From Mytilus californianus (lineage: Eukaryota), in the NCBI RefSeq assembly GCF_021869535.1, contig NW_026262593.1, positions 14,260,001 to 14,324,000 of the forward strand: a stretch of DNA of 64,000 nucleotides, read 5' to 3'. The translations under genes were made by a program, and so were the position numbers. The notes below the pieces were generated by a model. It saw only the letters and a list, made by a program, of their open reading frames with translations, was not told the origin of the DNA and did not search any database. This document shows, piece after piece, positions 47,654 to 60,674 of this stretch. Numbering within the stretch: the first letter of the stretch is position 1; each line of letters opens with the position of its first letter.

Positions 47654-50600
47654 TTAATGATAGCTTATGCTATATATAAACTCTTTTTCCTTTCTGATAG
47701 TACGTCCGGCCGAATTTTTATATTTTCTTATGCCCACTTGCTTTTTCTCAACCGTGATGTTTTTAAATTGATAGTTGCATCCATAGAAGTAATCGCCTGA
47801 AGGAAATCCAACTTTCTTTTGGTAAACAATATAACCTACAAACTGGAAAAAATAATCTTGAAATAAGTTTTTAAAAATGTAAAATACTAATTAAAGAAGT
47901 TAAATGATCTGCTGCAACATGTATGTATCAACCTACCGTAGTACTCAGAGCCTGTTATGAGAGCACCGATGTTGACACATTGATGATGATGCAAATGATG
48001 AAGATGGATGGCTGTTTAATAGGTAGTGACAAATCAAATGCAAATGCTGGACGAGATAATTTGTATGTGATATCAACCATGATTTGACACATTGGACTCT
48101 GATTAAAACTAATAAGCAAAGTTACAAGGTTACAGACCACAAGAAGTCGCATTATTCTGAATCTGAACCTAACATTTTTACATTTTTTTTCCGGCTTCAT
48201 AACGTGTACTCAGCAAAAATCTGCACATATCAATTTGCGTTTGTTTCACTCCGACAGCGATAAATCCCGAGACTTCCGACACACAAACAGCATCTGGATA
48301 TGGACAATAAATAAGCGTAAATATAAAACTGTTGAAAAATCGAGATAAATAAAATCCCTGAATTGCTTTAATCATACGAAATTAGGCAACCTGTGCCCTT
48401 CTGTTTGATCTCCGTTTCTAAAACTGGTTTAAATAATCAATACATTTTTTGATATTCCTTCAAACATTTTTAACATAAAATGCTAATTTTATTTCAGCAT
48501 TAAGTGGTGTTATTTTATATACCACTGTCCCAAATAAGGGAAGGGTTGAGGGCTTAAAATGTTTAACCCAACCACATTCTTTATGCCCCTGTCCCATGCC
48601 AGAAGCCTGAAATTCAGTGATTGTTGTTGGTAACTCTTTGTGATATTTGGTTTGTATCTATTGTAGTTTAGAATCAAATTATTGGTTCTCAAATTTGATT
48701 TATTTAACATGTTGCCATGTTAATGCCTTTTAAAGAGTACTTTTCAGTATGAGTTTGCCTATTGTTGAAGTCCGTACGGTGACCTATAATTCAAACCATC
48801 TTTGTCATTTCAAGTTTGGTAGAGAGTTGTCTCATCGGATATAATACCACATCTAATTGTTTCAATAAACAACGCGGTATTTGTATTATCCAGAACTCCA
48901 ACCAAATGCTTTTTTTCCATTTTACAAGAAAAATGAAATGTATAACATTGTACAAGTTCAGATGTAGCAGAATACTGCGAACTATGTAAATTTGAAATAT
49001 ATATTGTTTCTCCTTATCAATGATGAATTATAAAATTACCTTCAGTATTCCTAATATTCCATTGGAAAGGCAATAAAAGAATCCATCGATCTGTCTTATG
49101 TCACTTGGTGACAAATACATTCCAAGAACCGAACAACTTATTATGCAGGTAATTCCTATCAAATAGAAAATGTTGAATCATCACTATATTTTTTACGGTT
49201 TCAAATCTATGAGTTTGAGCGAAAAGATGTTTGACTAATTTCCCTTAATTTGTTTCACTCACCAAGTCACAATCCGAAAGACGATAAAACCTTGTGTAAT
49301 TGAATACCAATGAGTGTAACCGATATACTGTTATGATAATTTAAATACTTTTAACAAACACACCAAAACAAAGAATCTAATCATTACAGTACAGTGTCCT
49401 TGATATTGCAATGTTAAAAGTTGCAAATTGAATATATTGTAATGTATACATTTTGCTACTGATCCCCTACAAAGGCCAAACCGCTATGCCTCTCTATAAA
49501 TCCGTAGGGGGTCAGTAGCAAATCGTATAAAGAATTTATCTCCCTCTATTAAATCACCACGTAAAGGGGTTAAACCAATCGCAGCGTCACTAACTCACCT
49601 GAGATGTTATAATATAAGTGAGAGGGTATGCTACTGACCCTATATGGATCACGGCATAGAGGGTATGTTTAATCCATAGGGGTGAGCCGTAAGGGTTTAG
49701 CAGTACAACGATTTATCGCACGCGGCATTTTTTCTGGCAAGTTTTGTAAAACAAACAAAAAAGAGCGAAATACAATTATAACACTTATAATGTGACGTCA
49801 TGATACCCATACCTACGGATTCATAGGGGTTTATTACGTGACGGAGTTAAACCAATCATCTAAATCAACTAAATCACCCGAGGTGCAATAATGTTTAAAA
49901 TATAGTTTTTCTTACCTACAAAGCCTTCTAACAGTATCCATACCCAGTGGAAACAGGGACAAAAGCATAACCCCATACAGCATCGGATAATTTGTCGCCT
50001 GATACAACAATTGCAACATACATAGAAGCAAAAACATATATGAGGAAGAATTATGTTGACCGTAATGAACTGGAAGAAGATACACTGCGCCTGTGTATAG
50101 GAAAAGAATTCAAACGTATATTCTCCTAAAAATAAAAATAAAAAATACTTGCAATGGCATAAAATGGAACGATTTTTTTATGCTAATGGGGTATCTCTAT
50201 ATCAATAAACTCATCAGATAGTAGGATTAAAATAATGTACACTAGACGCTGTTTATACTACTGAAATATGGTAACTTTTCAAGCTAGGACCAGTAATTGT
50301 TGTATTCAAGCAGTCTACACTATGAACTTTTCAATCTGCGGAGCTCAATTTTTGGACAATTTTAGTTAGATTTTGTTGGCCTGTAGATAAGATTTTACAG
50401 GCCCGAGAGCAATTTTACATGCCTTGGCCACTGGGCATGTGGTTCAGCGTGAAGACTGTTTAAGGGGTATTAGATTTCAAATTCTTGTTCATCGATTCGA
50501 CCTAAACATTTCGTATGTTATTTGAAACATACTGAAACGTGTATTCAAATTACAAAACGTCTTATATTAGAGAAACAATTTCCAATGCATGTATTTTATT

Positions 50601-51221
50601 ACCAAATATGAGTGTAACAATCGAGATGATGTCCGAAGAATACCGTAGGTCACATTACGCGATGTTGACATAAATATAAATATGAAAACACAGGCAAGCA
50701 CCGCCAATCGTATAACAACGATTTTTGTAGGTCTGTTTGATTTCATATCATGGATAAGAAAACAATTCAAATCATCGTTTTACCTGTATTCGAAAGTTTT
50801 TGTGGTTAGATTCAGTCAACGAAGGGAATCACTTTCTCGTGTAAGTGTTCTTTTCTTCTCAATATACGTTTGATCGAAGTAAAACAAGAAGATAATTAGT
50901 TCCGTTTTGTCTCTGCTTGAAAGGAAAAACATCTTTTCGTCGGAATAATATTTAAATGTAAATGTATCTCTACTCACCCATACTTTTCGTTGAATTTGGC
51001 AAAATATCTTCATTTTCCGGCTTAAACGTACAAGATTTGCTAGAGGGAAGTAATCTGCAAAGATCTGACGTATCATTCCTTTGGTTAAAGGGATCTAGCT
51101 TTAAAAATCCAAATAATTCTAAGGAAAAACCTCCCCCAACTAAAGCAAGTAGAACAAACGGTAGACAGATACAGTTTCTGCTGTCGCCTTCCGACTTTTG
51201 TTCGTTCTCATTTGACTCCAT
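47654..51221 (-). CDS. Uncharacterised four-transmembrane Cys-rich protein, paralog B (252 aa, intact). Exons 51221-50978, 50125-49916, 49155-49040, 47842-47654
   Basis: MESNENEQKSEGDSRNCICLPFVLLALVGGGFSLELFGFLKLDPFNQRNDTSDLC...MG/EYTFEFFSYTQAQCIFFQFITVNIILPHICFCFYVCCNCCIRRQIIRCCMGLCFCPCFHWVWILLEGFV/GITCIISCSVLGMYLSPSDIRQIDGFFYCLSNGILGILK/FVGYIVYQKKVG...FIYSISYH*. Intron positions are the same as in paralog A. Confidence 0.85.
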
Positions 51222-51739
51222 GTTAGAACAGTAAGTATAATTGTCATATATTAATAAAATGTATTTAAATTGTCTTAAAAAAGATAGTGCATTCATCCGT
51301 ACAATCAAAAGGAAATAAAAAAGCATTTGATGAAGTCAGTCTTTCAGCGGAATACTTCCCTGTAAAATTAAAAAATAAAACAATATGAATACAATTTTTT
51401 TCACAAATATTTGGTTTCTTGTTAATTGTCATATTAGTCATTTTTTTTATTCCACAAAGATGTAGCATTTACCAGGGCTTACAAATATCATGCTGTATCT
51501 TTTGTGATAAGGGAAATTTGACCCTGAACAGATAAGAAAAATAAATTGGCTTACATGATAAGTTTCTGTGTCAGTTCAACAATAATAAACGTTAATAATG
51601 ACATATCTGACCGATGTCGACAAACATACTAATACTTGATAATTTCATTGCTCCTGATATTTATTGAACACAAACTGCACAATACATCGAATCGGATCAG
51701 GAAAACGAGTCATTGCTTATGTTCAAAAGTAAAATAACA

Positions 51740-52150
51740 AATATACATTATTGTCAATGTAATGGGGGAAAAAGTAAAATCACAAAAAATACTGAACTCC
51801 CAGGAAAATTCAAAACAGAAAGTCCCAAATCAAATGGCAAAATCAAAAGCTCAAACGAATGGATAACAACTGTCATATTCCCGACTTGGCACATCATTTT
51901 CTTATGTAAAATGGTGGATTGAACCTGGTTTTATATCTAGCTAAACCTTTCACTTGTATGACAGTCGCATCAAATTCCATTATATTGACAATGATACGTG
52001 AACAAAACAAACAGACATAATAGGTAAAAATGTCAAAAATAGGGGTACAGCAGTCAACATTGTGTCATAATCATAACCACAATAAAAACAAACAAATATT
52101 TAACAAAGAAGCACAAAAAATCATATATCAAATTTAACAACCTCGTTCAT
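51740..52150. repeat. Dispersed repeat copy (reverse of the 21905-22400 family); a second partial copy lies at 53030-53250
   Basis: Shared TTCCATTATATTGACAAT...GGGGTACAGCAGTCAACATTGTGT. Confidence 0.8.
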
Positions 52151-52269
52151 TGCTTTTTTTATTTTAGTATTTTATTTATGTATGTTAAGTCCACTCATAA
52201 AGGATCGAAAGATTTTAAGTACTGGGACCGAATAGATTAACATTAACTCTGACATAGAATCGCGCGTTT

Positions 52270-52720
52270 GGCGTTCATCACTTGTTCAGAATGTGGAAAT
52301 TTTGTTTCTCTAATTTTTGTGCTATTTTCACATTTCTTGATCGGTGTGAGAAAAATGTTTCTCCTCACTAGTGAAATATCTGTTCTCGGCAAATGATTGG
52401 TCGAAATTTAATTATGACGTTAAATTTTCTTGGTTTCTTCTGAATTTCCTATTGTGACGTCATGAAAAAAGGCGACCATGCCTGATGACGTCACATATAA
52501 AGAACACAATTTTCTGCAAATCTTTGAAAAAAGAATGATAAAAATCATTAGAGAAACAGATTCCACCACTATAGCTCGTGTATTACTATATTTCTCTACT
52601 CTCAACAGTTAAATTTTAATTATTTAAAAAGCTCGGCAAGCCTCGCGCTTTAAATATTAAAATTTAACTATCTCGAGTGGAGAAATATCGTAACACACTT
52701 GTTGCAGTGGTGAAATCTAT
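52270..52720. mobile_element. Second hairpin-type non-autonomous element (Crypton-like architecture)
   Basis: Nested inverted arms AGATTCCACCACT/AGTGGTGAAATCT, ATATTTCTCTACTC/GAGTGGAGAAATAT and AGTTAAATTTTAAT/ATTAAAATTTAACT around GCTCGGCAAGCCTCGC. Confidence 0.5.
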
Positions 52721-55700
52721 ATGCAACTGTCATACAAAACAAGTAAAATAGCAAACAACAAACTAAATCCGAGGAACATTCAAAACAGAAAGTCCTTTAT
52801 CAATTGGCAAAATCAAAACCTCAAACACATCAAACAATCGATTCCTGGCTTGCTACAGGTATTTTCTTTTGAAGAAAATGGTGGGTTAAACCCGATTTTA
52901 TAGCTAGCTAAATCTCTCATTTGGATGTTTTCTATTCGTTTGGTGTGTTTGAGCTTTTGATGTTGACATTTGATTAAGGACTTTCCGTTTTGAATTTTCG
53001 ATATTTTTGCTATTTTACCTTTTTTGTATGACAGTAGCATAGAATTCCATTATATTGACAATAATATGTGAACAAACCAAACAGACATGATAATAGGTAA
53101 AATGTCAAAAATTGGGGTACAGCAGTCAACATTGTGTTATAATCTTAATCACTATAAAACATAATTAAAAAAAAATGGCATATAGAAAAAGCACATAAGC
53201 AAAATTGAAAGCCAAGAATACAAGAAATGGCCATAGCACAATATTACAATGGCGTGATTTATTAATACCGAGCCACGCCAAAAAAAAAAAAAAAAAAAAA
53301 TTCTTGAACAATTTTGCAGGTTCAACCAATCAGAATTCGTTTCTACTTATTAATCCATGGTAACGCAAAAATTAAAATTACCACGTGTTAGGATTATCCC
53401 CTATATCGCTCGGAGAAGTTTTATGTAAAAGCTTAATTGAAACTAATGTAGACATTCTGATTAACAAAGAAATTACTTCTATTTGAACAAAAGAGTGTAA
53501 GAGGATCTTATGTAATAAAATCTGTCACTTAAGATTTGACAAAGAGAAAAGTGTGTTCTTAATTGAACACCGGTTTCTTATGTCCTTAAGAATTTCTAAA
53601 TATAACCAAGAATAAATAAAGTGTCCATTTGTAACAAAACGTCAAAATGTTTTTCATTAAAAATAAAATTATTGCAATAAAAAAATTCAAATATAAAAAT
53701 AAGGCTTTTCTTAATAAAAATTCAAATAAGAATTTTTATCCATTTTTACAACATGACAACTCTCCCAACATCCCTCTAGCTTCGGACCCCGAAGCTGTAT
53801 AAATTTTGACATCAACATCTACATTTGACATAAACTTTTCTCAATTTTTATAATCTTGCATATTAATTTTGAAAAAAAAATCTATCATCCGGACGAACCT
53901 CTACTTCGTAAACGTAATTGAGAACCATTTACACGAAAATAAAAACCAAGTAATAAAAAAAAATAAAACATCGTCTATTTAATGCTAGGTTTTGGTCCGT
54001 TGAGGTTCGAAATTCATCTAAGGCAGGCCCCCTATAACCTACTTAAAATTTCAACCCGGACAGAATACCGTTCGCACTTTCAATAGAACAATATCTTGGT
54101 CAAAGTTATCAGAATGCCTTCCTTAGCTTTGGATAACCTGTCAATTGCCTTAATTAGCTTTGTGACAAATACCAACGATATCCAGTTTTCTGTTTTCGTA
54201 GATTACAAGGTGCGTGATCATGCGTTTTAAATCGCTCGTCTTCATGAATTAAAAATAAAAAATTATGTTGCTTACAAATTTATATTGATTTTGACTGAGC
54301 TTTAAATTTTTTTGTAGTTGTACAGACTACGTTTAGCACTATAAACATCAAGAAAAAGAAACAATAGACCGGCTATTGGACTTCAACTAGATACGAAATC
54401 GTTCAATCAAAAGCAATAAAATATGCAAGTGTAAAATAAAATGTAAATTAGAAAGCAAATGTAATATAAGTTCAAACAGAAGTTCAATACAAGTGTCAGT
54501 AATTTCAAATAGAATATCATTTCACAAATGAATTCCAACCGTCTTCTCTGCATACAATACATCACATCCATGGTAGAAATCCACCATACTGCGAATACAA
54601 GTGGTCACATCCACTTTAGAAATAAATCAAAAGCGGTAAATCTTATGTTCTTCCTAGTCATGGTCGAGGAATGTCATGTTGTTTCGATATTCTTCATAAG
54701 TCGCTGTTCGTTGATCGTATTTATGGTCGCTTCGTCAAAAGGTATGTCCATATTGAATAAGTGATTCTGGAAACAAATTTCGGATAACTGGTATAACGTT
54801 CTTCTATGGGGACACTCAGCTTGGCAGCGAAAGGTAAACACAGGATCGGCACTCATCCTCCGCCATTTGACGTGACTAGAATTTCTCCAACATCGGAGAT
54901 AAATAACATTGTTTTACAATCCAAATGATTTAGGCCCAATTTCATATGACAAAGGGTCCATACTGGAAAGTTGTTGTAAATCAATACACGAGACTGGATA
55001 CATGAACGTTCACATACTTTATTTTTCCATCCAACATATTTACAGTCAGTTCATTAAACATATTTACAAAACAGTAATCATGGCAACATACATTAACCCG
55101 CCGCTAATCGCAGATCGAGAGCGGGGCGAACCAATGCGTCACATGGTTCTCTCTCTTTTCTCTCTCCTATGTTTTCAAAATTAACCTTTATAAAACATGA
55201 TCATAGAAACGTTTTGACCAATGAAAATAGAAAAGGGTACTTCTAAACAAATAGTTTCCAAACAATTAAATATATCAAAAGCAGATTGAATTAAGACTTA
55301 GTGTTAATTGACATTATTCACTCTATATAAAGTTTGGGTGTTGACAAATAAATTACATTGATGACCATTGTTGTCAAAAAGTATTCTCACGACATAATCT
55401 TAATCTTAATCCATAAATATTTCCAAGTAACGCTAAAAGTAGTAAAACGGCTTATAAATGTCTTTTATGAAATTATTTGAAAAATAGTTCAAAATCTTGT
55501 TTCCCTAACAAAATGCACTTCTTCCGTATATTGAAACCTAATTACTCATAAGAAATAATGACTTTTGATACCAAACACGACATAAAAAGATGAAAATGCT
55601 AAAATTCACAATTTCCCGCATTTTTACAACATGACAAAAGCACGAGACGTTCTTTGACATAATCCTGGTTCATCAACTTTCTGCCCAGACACTGGTAAAG

Positions 55701-56554
55701 TTTTATGACGTATTTGTAGCAGCTGCAAGCTCTTGAATACAGAATGAGTTTGGAAATGTATATTCCACATTAGTGAAGTTGGTTCATTGCTATTAAGGTG
55801 GGGGAAATTAGTAATTTCAAAATTAAAATTATCTCGTTTGTCATAGATTTTTAGTACTTAGATGACCGCTTATATCAAAGTCGAGGTATAAGTCTAAAAA
55901 TGAGGTGTAGGAAGCCTTGTCTGTTGTTTCTTTAATTTCTAGTTATATATATTAATGGAACCCAATTAAAACAAATTTGGATTGTTCATTGAAAGAACGC
56001 CGTGTCATGTTTTATAAAATCACATATCATCTCATCACAATCACAAAAACAGACAGACTAATACAACCGCTCATGACAGTCCCGAAACATGCACATACTA
56101 TCATACCAAATTCCATCCTGCAGAACACAAATACGCTAACAATCATTTTGTCCATGAACAATTAAAAACTGGAACAGCCTTCTTCTGAGTTTTTTAATGA
56201 GCGACTCTATAGAGTCGTTCAAACCAGCCATCTCAACCTACACCTACAGTCAGTAAACTCATCATGTGTAAAACGTTTGATCTTAATATTAAAAATGAAT
56301 AAAATAAAAATATTCAATACCACTATGTAAAAATGTTATTATCAATTTTGTTGATAATTATAAAAATTGTTAAATGTTCACTGTATATACGTCTCCTCAA
56401 AGCAATGCTTAATACAAGAGTGACATAAACTTCAACGTGTTGAAGGCAGTCACAACAAATTAGAAATTAGAAGTTAGAAGAGCATCGTCAATATATATGA
56501 ATGTGAAATTAAATGTTCTTGGTTGTCTGAAGAAAATCCGACTCATACAAGAAA

Positions 56555-56995
56555 AGAAGAGGTCGGTAAGGAGAGGCGCACAGTTTGTTCCAATTGGAAT
56601 GTCGACAATTTGTTGCAAAAAATCTACCTAAAAATTCAACAAATATGTTGTCATTTTGATCACTTTTTCCTCGATGTAGGATGTTTTACGTTTTTGTTCA
56701 TTACTAACAAAATATGCCGTAAAGTTTCCCAAAGCAATACATTTATAGCGTATGCCTCAATTTGTATATTGAAAAGCAATGGGATTATTTCTAATATACG
56801 ATTTTCCAATTTGATATGGAGAATGGTGATATGTAAAGGGCTAGAAAAATCATTGGTCTTGATAGAAAGATCGAGATTTAAAATGATCCAGAAGTTTTTT
56901 ACAGCTTTATCTAGAATCCACATATGGTGAATACCACTACTCGAGTACACAGTATTTCTGAAGACCTTCTTTAAACTGTTACATCAAATAAGTTC
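56555..56995 (-). mobile_element. Penelope-like RT core fragment, degenerate
   Basis: Minus strand MWILDKAVK...IKTNDFS...HIKLENRILEII followed by QQIVDIPIGTNCAPLL, matching the GIPMGTNCAPLLADL RT motif B. Confidence 0.75.
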
Positions 56996-57695
56996 AGTGT
57001 TTTCTCTTTGGCACATTCCCCGTTCCTATTCTCTATACTTTATTGCGTATGCAGTTTGTAAATAAATGATAAGCAGCCGCAAAACGCAATTTTTGCATTC
57101 CCCATCCACCCATCCCAGTAGCATTATCAAATGGGTGTGGTTAAGCATAGATTATATATAACTTTTGCATTAATTATAGAATACTACAGGTTTTTGGTTG
57201 TTTTTTTTTTCGTTTATAGTTATTCATATATCTGTTATATCTTTCAGAATTGCATTCTGAATTGACTTTAAAGGAATATAAAGCATTGGGGATTGCCTAC
57301 CTTTTATTATACTGATTGCACTATTAATTGCATTTTCTTATTATTAAAATTTGGCCGATTACACAGCCGTATGTTTATTTGCCATGTATATATATTTTGC
57401 AAAACTTGGAATCAAACACGAACATTTTGTTCTATCTTTTAATAATTGAAATCGGGTCTTAATTTAATGAGGAATGAAAATCCTTTGTCAGAATACTAAA
57501 ATGTTAAAACTATTTCAATCCACCTGAAAACTCCATCAATAGTACTGGTAAATTCTTGCAATTCTCTTTCTGTTTAACTGGTCTATATTAGTGTCCCGTA
57601 CAATACAGCTGGTATATTCTTGTAAAACATTTTGTAACTAATTTATACTGACACACTACCAAGGAAAATAAATTATGTTTCGGTGGACTAAATTT

Positions 57696-60674
57696 TCAGG
57701 TTAGTTCCACATTAAAGACGTCCTTTAATAAAATATAATCACATAGGACTTTTGGCAAACCGATTTGATCTATGATTGTATGGGGATAATACCCAAGTTG
57801 TTTGCGTATACTAATACGACATAATTCCTTTAACTTGCGCGGCTTAAGATATTTTCTCGTACAATTCAGATCTTTGTCAGTCCCAGGAAGGTCATACTTT
57901 AATATGTCATGCCATTTGTAAATTTCACATCCAGATGCAACTAAAATTTGTATAAACGTCTGCATTTTTTGATAAGCATGTATAAGTGGTGGAAACTGTA
58001 TCATTTGGTCTGGGAGATCTCGGTATAAGATATTTAAATCACAGTTTACGTATAGAAGCTGATGTAAAATCTCATAATTGCCAGTATCTATAACATAGCC
58101 AATCGAAGGAAAACCTCGTTGGTCACGGAAATCTGGGTTTATTCTACACTCTAAAAACAGACGAAAGCACCTTCCAACTTCAAGTGAATAGTTTGGAAGA
58201 TAATGCGATAGCATACAAAAGTGAGGAGCTATATGTCCCCGTCTCTGATTCATGTTATACATATCACATCCAGTCTGAAGTAAGCGTTTAATTTCTTCAT
58301 ACTTAATTTGGCCGGAACTTTTCATAAGCGGGGTATTGCCATCGTTGTCTCTGGCTTCTAAGTCTATTTTGTTAGTTTTAAGAAGACAGTCAAGAATTTC
58401 TATGTTATTTTGTGGACTTTCCGGTCCACTGACACAGACATGGAGAGCTGTGACTCCATTTTGACTACTTTTGAGATTAACATCTGCATCGTTCTGAAGA
58501 AGATATTTGACGACAGATAAATGTCCATATCTGACGGATTGCATGAGGACCGTCTCTCCAAACATCAGATTCGTATCATCTACTCGGACATGTCCTAGTT
58601 CGATGAAATATCGTACTATATCTAGATTACCGTTCTGAATAGCTGTTCCATAGGCGAGAATGATGCTACTTTGTTCTCCTTTGATGGTGCATAAAATGTC
58701 CCGAACTGTTTCAGAGTCGTTTCTTTCAATGGCTTGAATTAAACTTTAATAAATATAAAATAAAATATATAGAAAAATAATATCAATAACGTAATATAAA
58801 AAGAAAGCGTGAATTGTAGTTAATCATATCTTAATGTTTGTCGTTCTCTTGATATGTTGATGTAAACAAAAGTTTTTGTTTGATCCTATTAAATTAATAT
58901 GCAACTTTAAAGATTCTGGACATTTTATAACTTGATATATTGTATAAACATTAGTTTATTGTTGAAGACTATATTGATCTATATATATGTATGTATGCTT
59001 ATTTGTTGTTGATGTGCTGTCTTCTTAATATATACCCCATATAACTTTTTTGCTCATTGTTAATGGTCATACGGTGACCTGTAGTTCACCTTGTCCTTTG
59101 GTCTTTGATACATATGTCTCATTAGCAATCGTATTTTATATGATTTAACATATCTGGACCTTCGATTGGGTTATTTCCTTTGACCGATAACGTAGTTTAT
59201 ATGAAATGCTGTTTGATGTCCGATTTATTTCTACTATTTTCTTTATTTTTTCGTGATTACTGGGTGCAAGCAATTACTTGTTTTAAGGCTAAAACAGTTC
59301 GACTTCAGTGTCTGGCGTTTTGACATTGAATTAATTGTGTGTTGTTGGTTGAATGCTTAACATCCAGTGGCAAGTAATTTTGCAAGTCCAGGACAAAATC
59401 AACTTAAACAATACCTGTTAATCAAAAACTGTAAATTCTGAAATTATTGCGATGTTTTTATAAATGCGAATAATAAATGCGGCAGTATCAGGTTCGCATT
59501 GATAAAAGCTCGCATTCATAATTTCAGTTGTGATTTTCCTTAACAAAGCTTTTGCAATCCCATTAATAAGATCTCGTACTTTTAGCAATTACTAGTAATC
59601 AATGAATCGCAAAAATAAATGCACGCCTTAATTTCTGAATTTACAGTACCCAGTTACTGTAGACTGGTGGCCATGGATGGGGACAGACATTTATACTTGC
59701 AACAAGCCACCTATACGGACTTCAAAAAGTTGTTACAATGATTTTTTATCGCGCAGATTGGGATAGACGTCCATAAGAAGTCCAATCGCATTGATTGCAT
59801 AAAAGTTGCAATAATTTTCTTTTCCTTGGAAATCCGTCGTTAGTTTGACATTTGACCTACTAGTTTGACATTTGACCTACCCAGGCAATATTTCATGCAT
59901 TGGTTTCTATAATTAAGATTTGATGAATTATTTGTTGAAATATGAAGTAGCATACAAGGGCCAATGATGAAAACAAACGTCCAGTGGCAAATGTTTCATG
60001 CTTATTCAGGTCGAAAACAAAGCAACAATAAATCCAACAGGCTCTTTATAATGGATTGACTCTTAGTGTGACACTTGAGTCGTTGGGTATAATGTCCTCA
60101 TTCCGACCAGATTTTCTCTAACCGAGTCGTTGGGTATTATGTCTTCATTCCGACCAGACATTGTATACAGCCAAACAGACCTCCGTCTCACGAGTTTCAA
60201 TATGGAATCTGCGAAGTTCTGGTGACCGCATTATGTTAGCAAATCCAAAGAAGAATGGCAATATATATGACCAGCTGTTACAATTAAACAATGAGCAAAC
60301 ATTTAATAAAGACAACGCTAAAATGAGAAAGAAGATTTATTGAAACCCCTATATTTGAAAAGGAAAGTCCCAGGAAATGACTATGGAAAACACATACTAA
60401 TCAGACTTTAAAAGATAAAAGAATAACTAATTGATTTACTTTTTAGCATTCCTCGATCCTTTTAGACTCTTAATAGATAAGAAAATTAATTCATTTCCAA
60501 ATAATTTGATTGATGAGTTTCTTAATCTTTACCTGGTTTACAGATAACGTTACCTCCCTTGATCTCCCTTGCAATTATTGCTTAAATTTTTTTTATGATT
60601 ACTAGTTACCTTGATAAAGTTCGTGTGATGATTTCACGCTTTTCGTACAATTGTCCAACGTTTCGTGCATACAT
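57696..60674 (-). CDS. Ankyrin repeat and SOCS box protein (ASB-like), copy 1, ~370 aa. Main exon 58743-57696 plus an inferred first exon 60674-60610
   Basis: Ankyrin repeats (GETVLMQSVRYGHLSVVKYLLQNDADVN, GVTALH, GNTPLM) and C-terminal SOCS box PRKLKELCRISIRKQL...IGLPKVLCDYILL. The ORF extends to an acceptor at 58744. Candidate exon 1 MYARNVGQLYEKREIITRTLS ends AG|GTAACT in the matching phase 2. Confidence 0.85.
59428..59648. mobile_element. MITE with ~19-bp TIRs (TA-flanked type)
   Basis: ACTGTAAATTCTGAAATTA ... TAATTTCTGAATTTACAGT, 1 mismatch. Confidence 0.75.

Noticed and set aside
47735-47835. Downstream-AG reading of the last exon of paralog B (VILFTKRKLDF...KWA*)
   Set aside because: The upstream-AG frame is better conserved between paralogs (17/22 versus 12/21 by my count) and completes TM4.
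50311-50458. hAT-like MITE with CAGTCT...AGACTG ends
   Set aside because: The terminal match is short and imperfect, and there is no 8-bp TSD.
54528-54910. GC-richer segment with short ORFs on both strands
   Set aside because: No recognisable motif in any frame. It is probably a repeat remnant that I cannot assign.
59861-60160. 20-bp and ~47-bp local tandem duplications in the ASB intron
   Set aside because: Two-copy slippage events with no sign of function.
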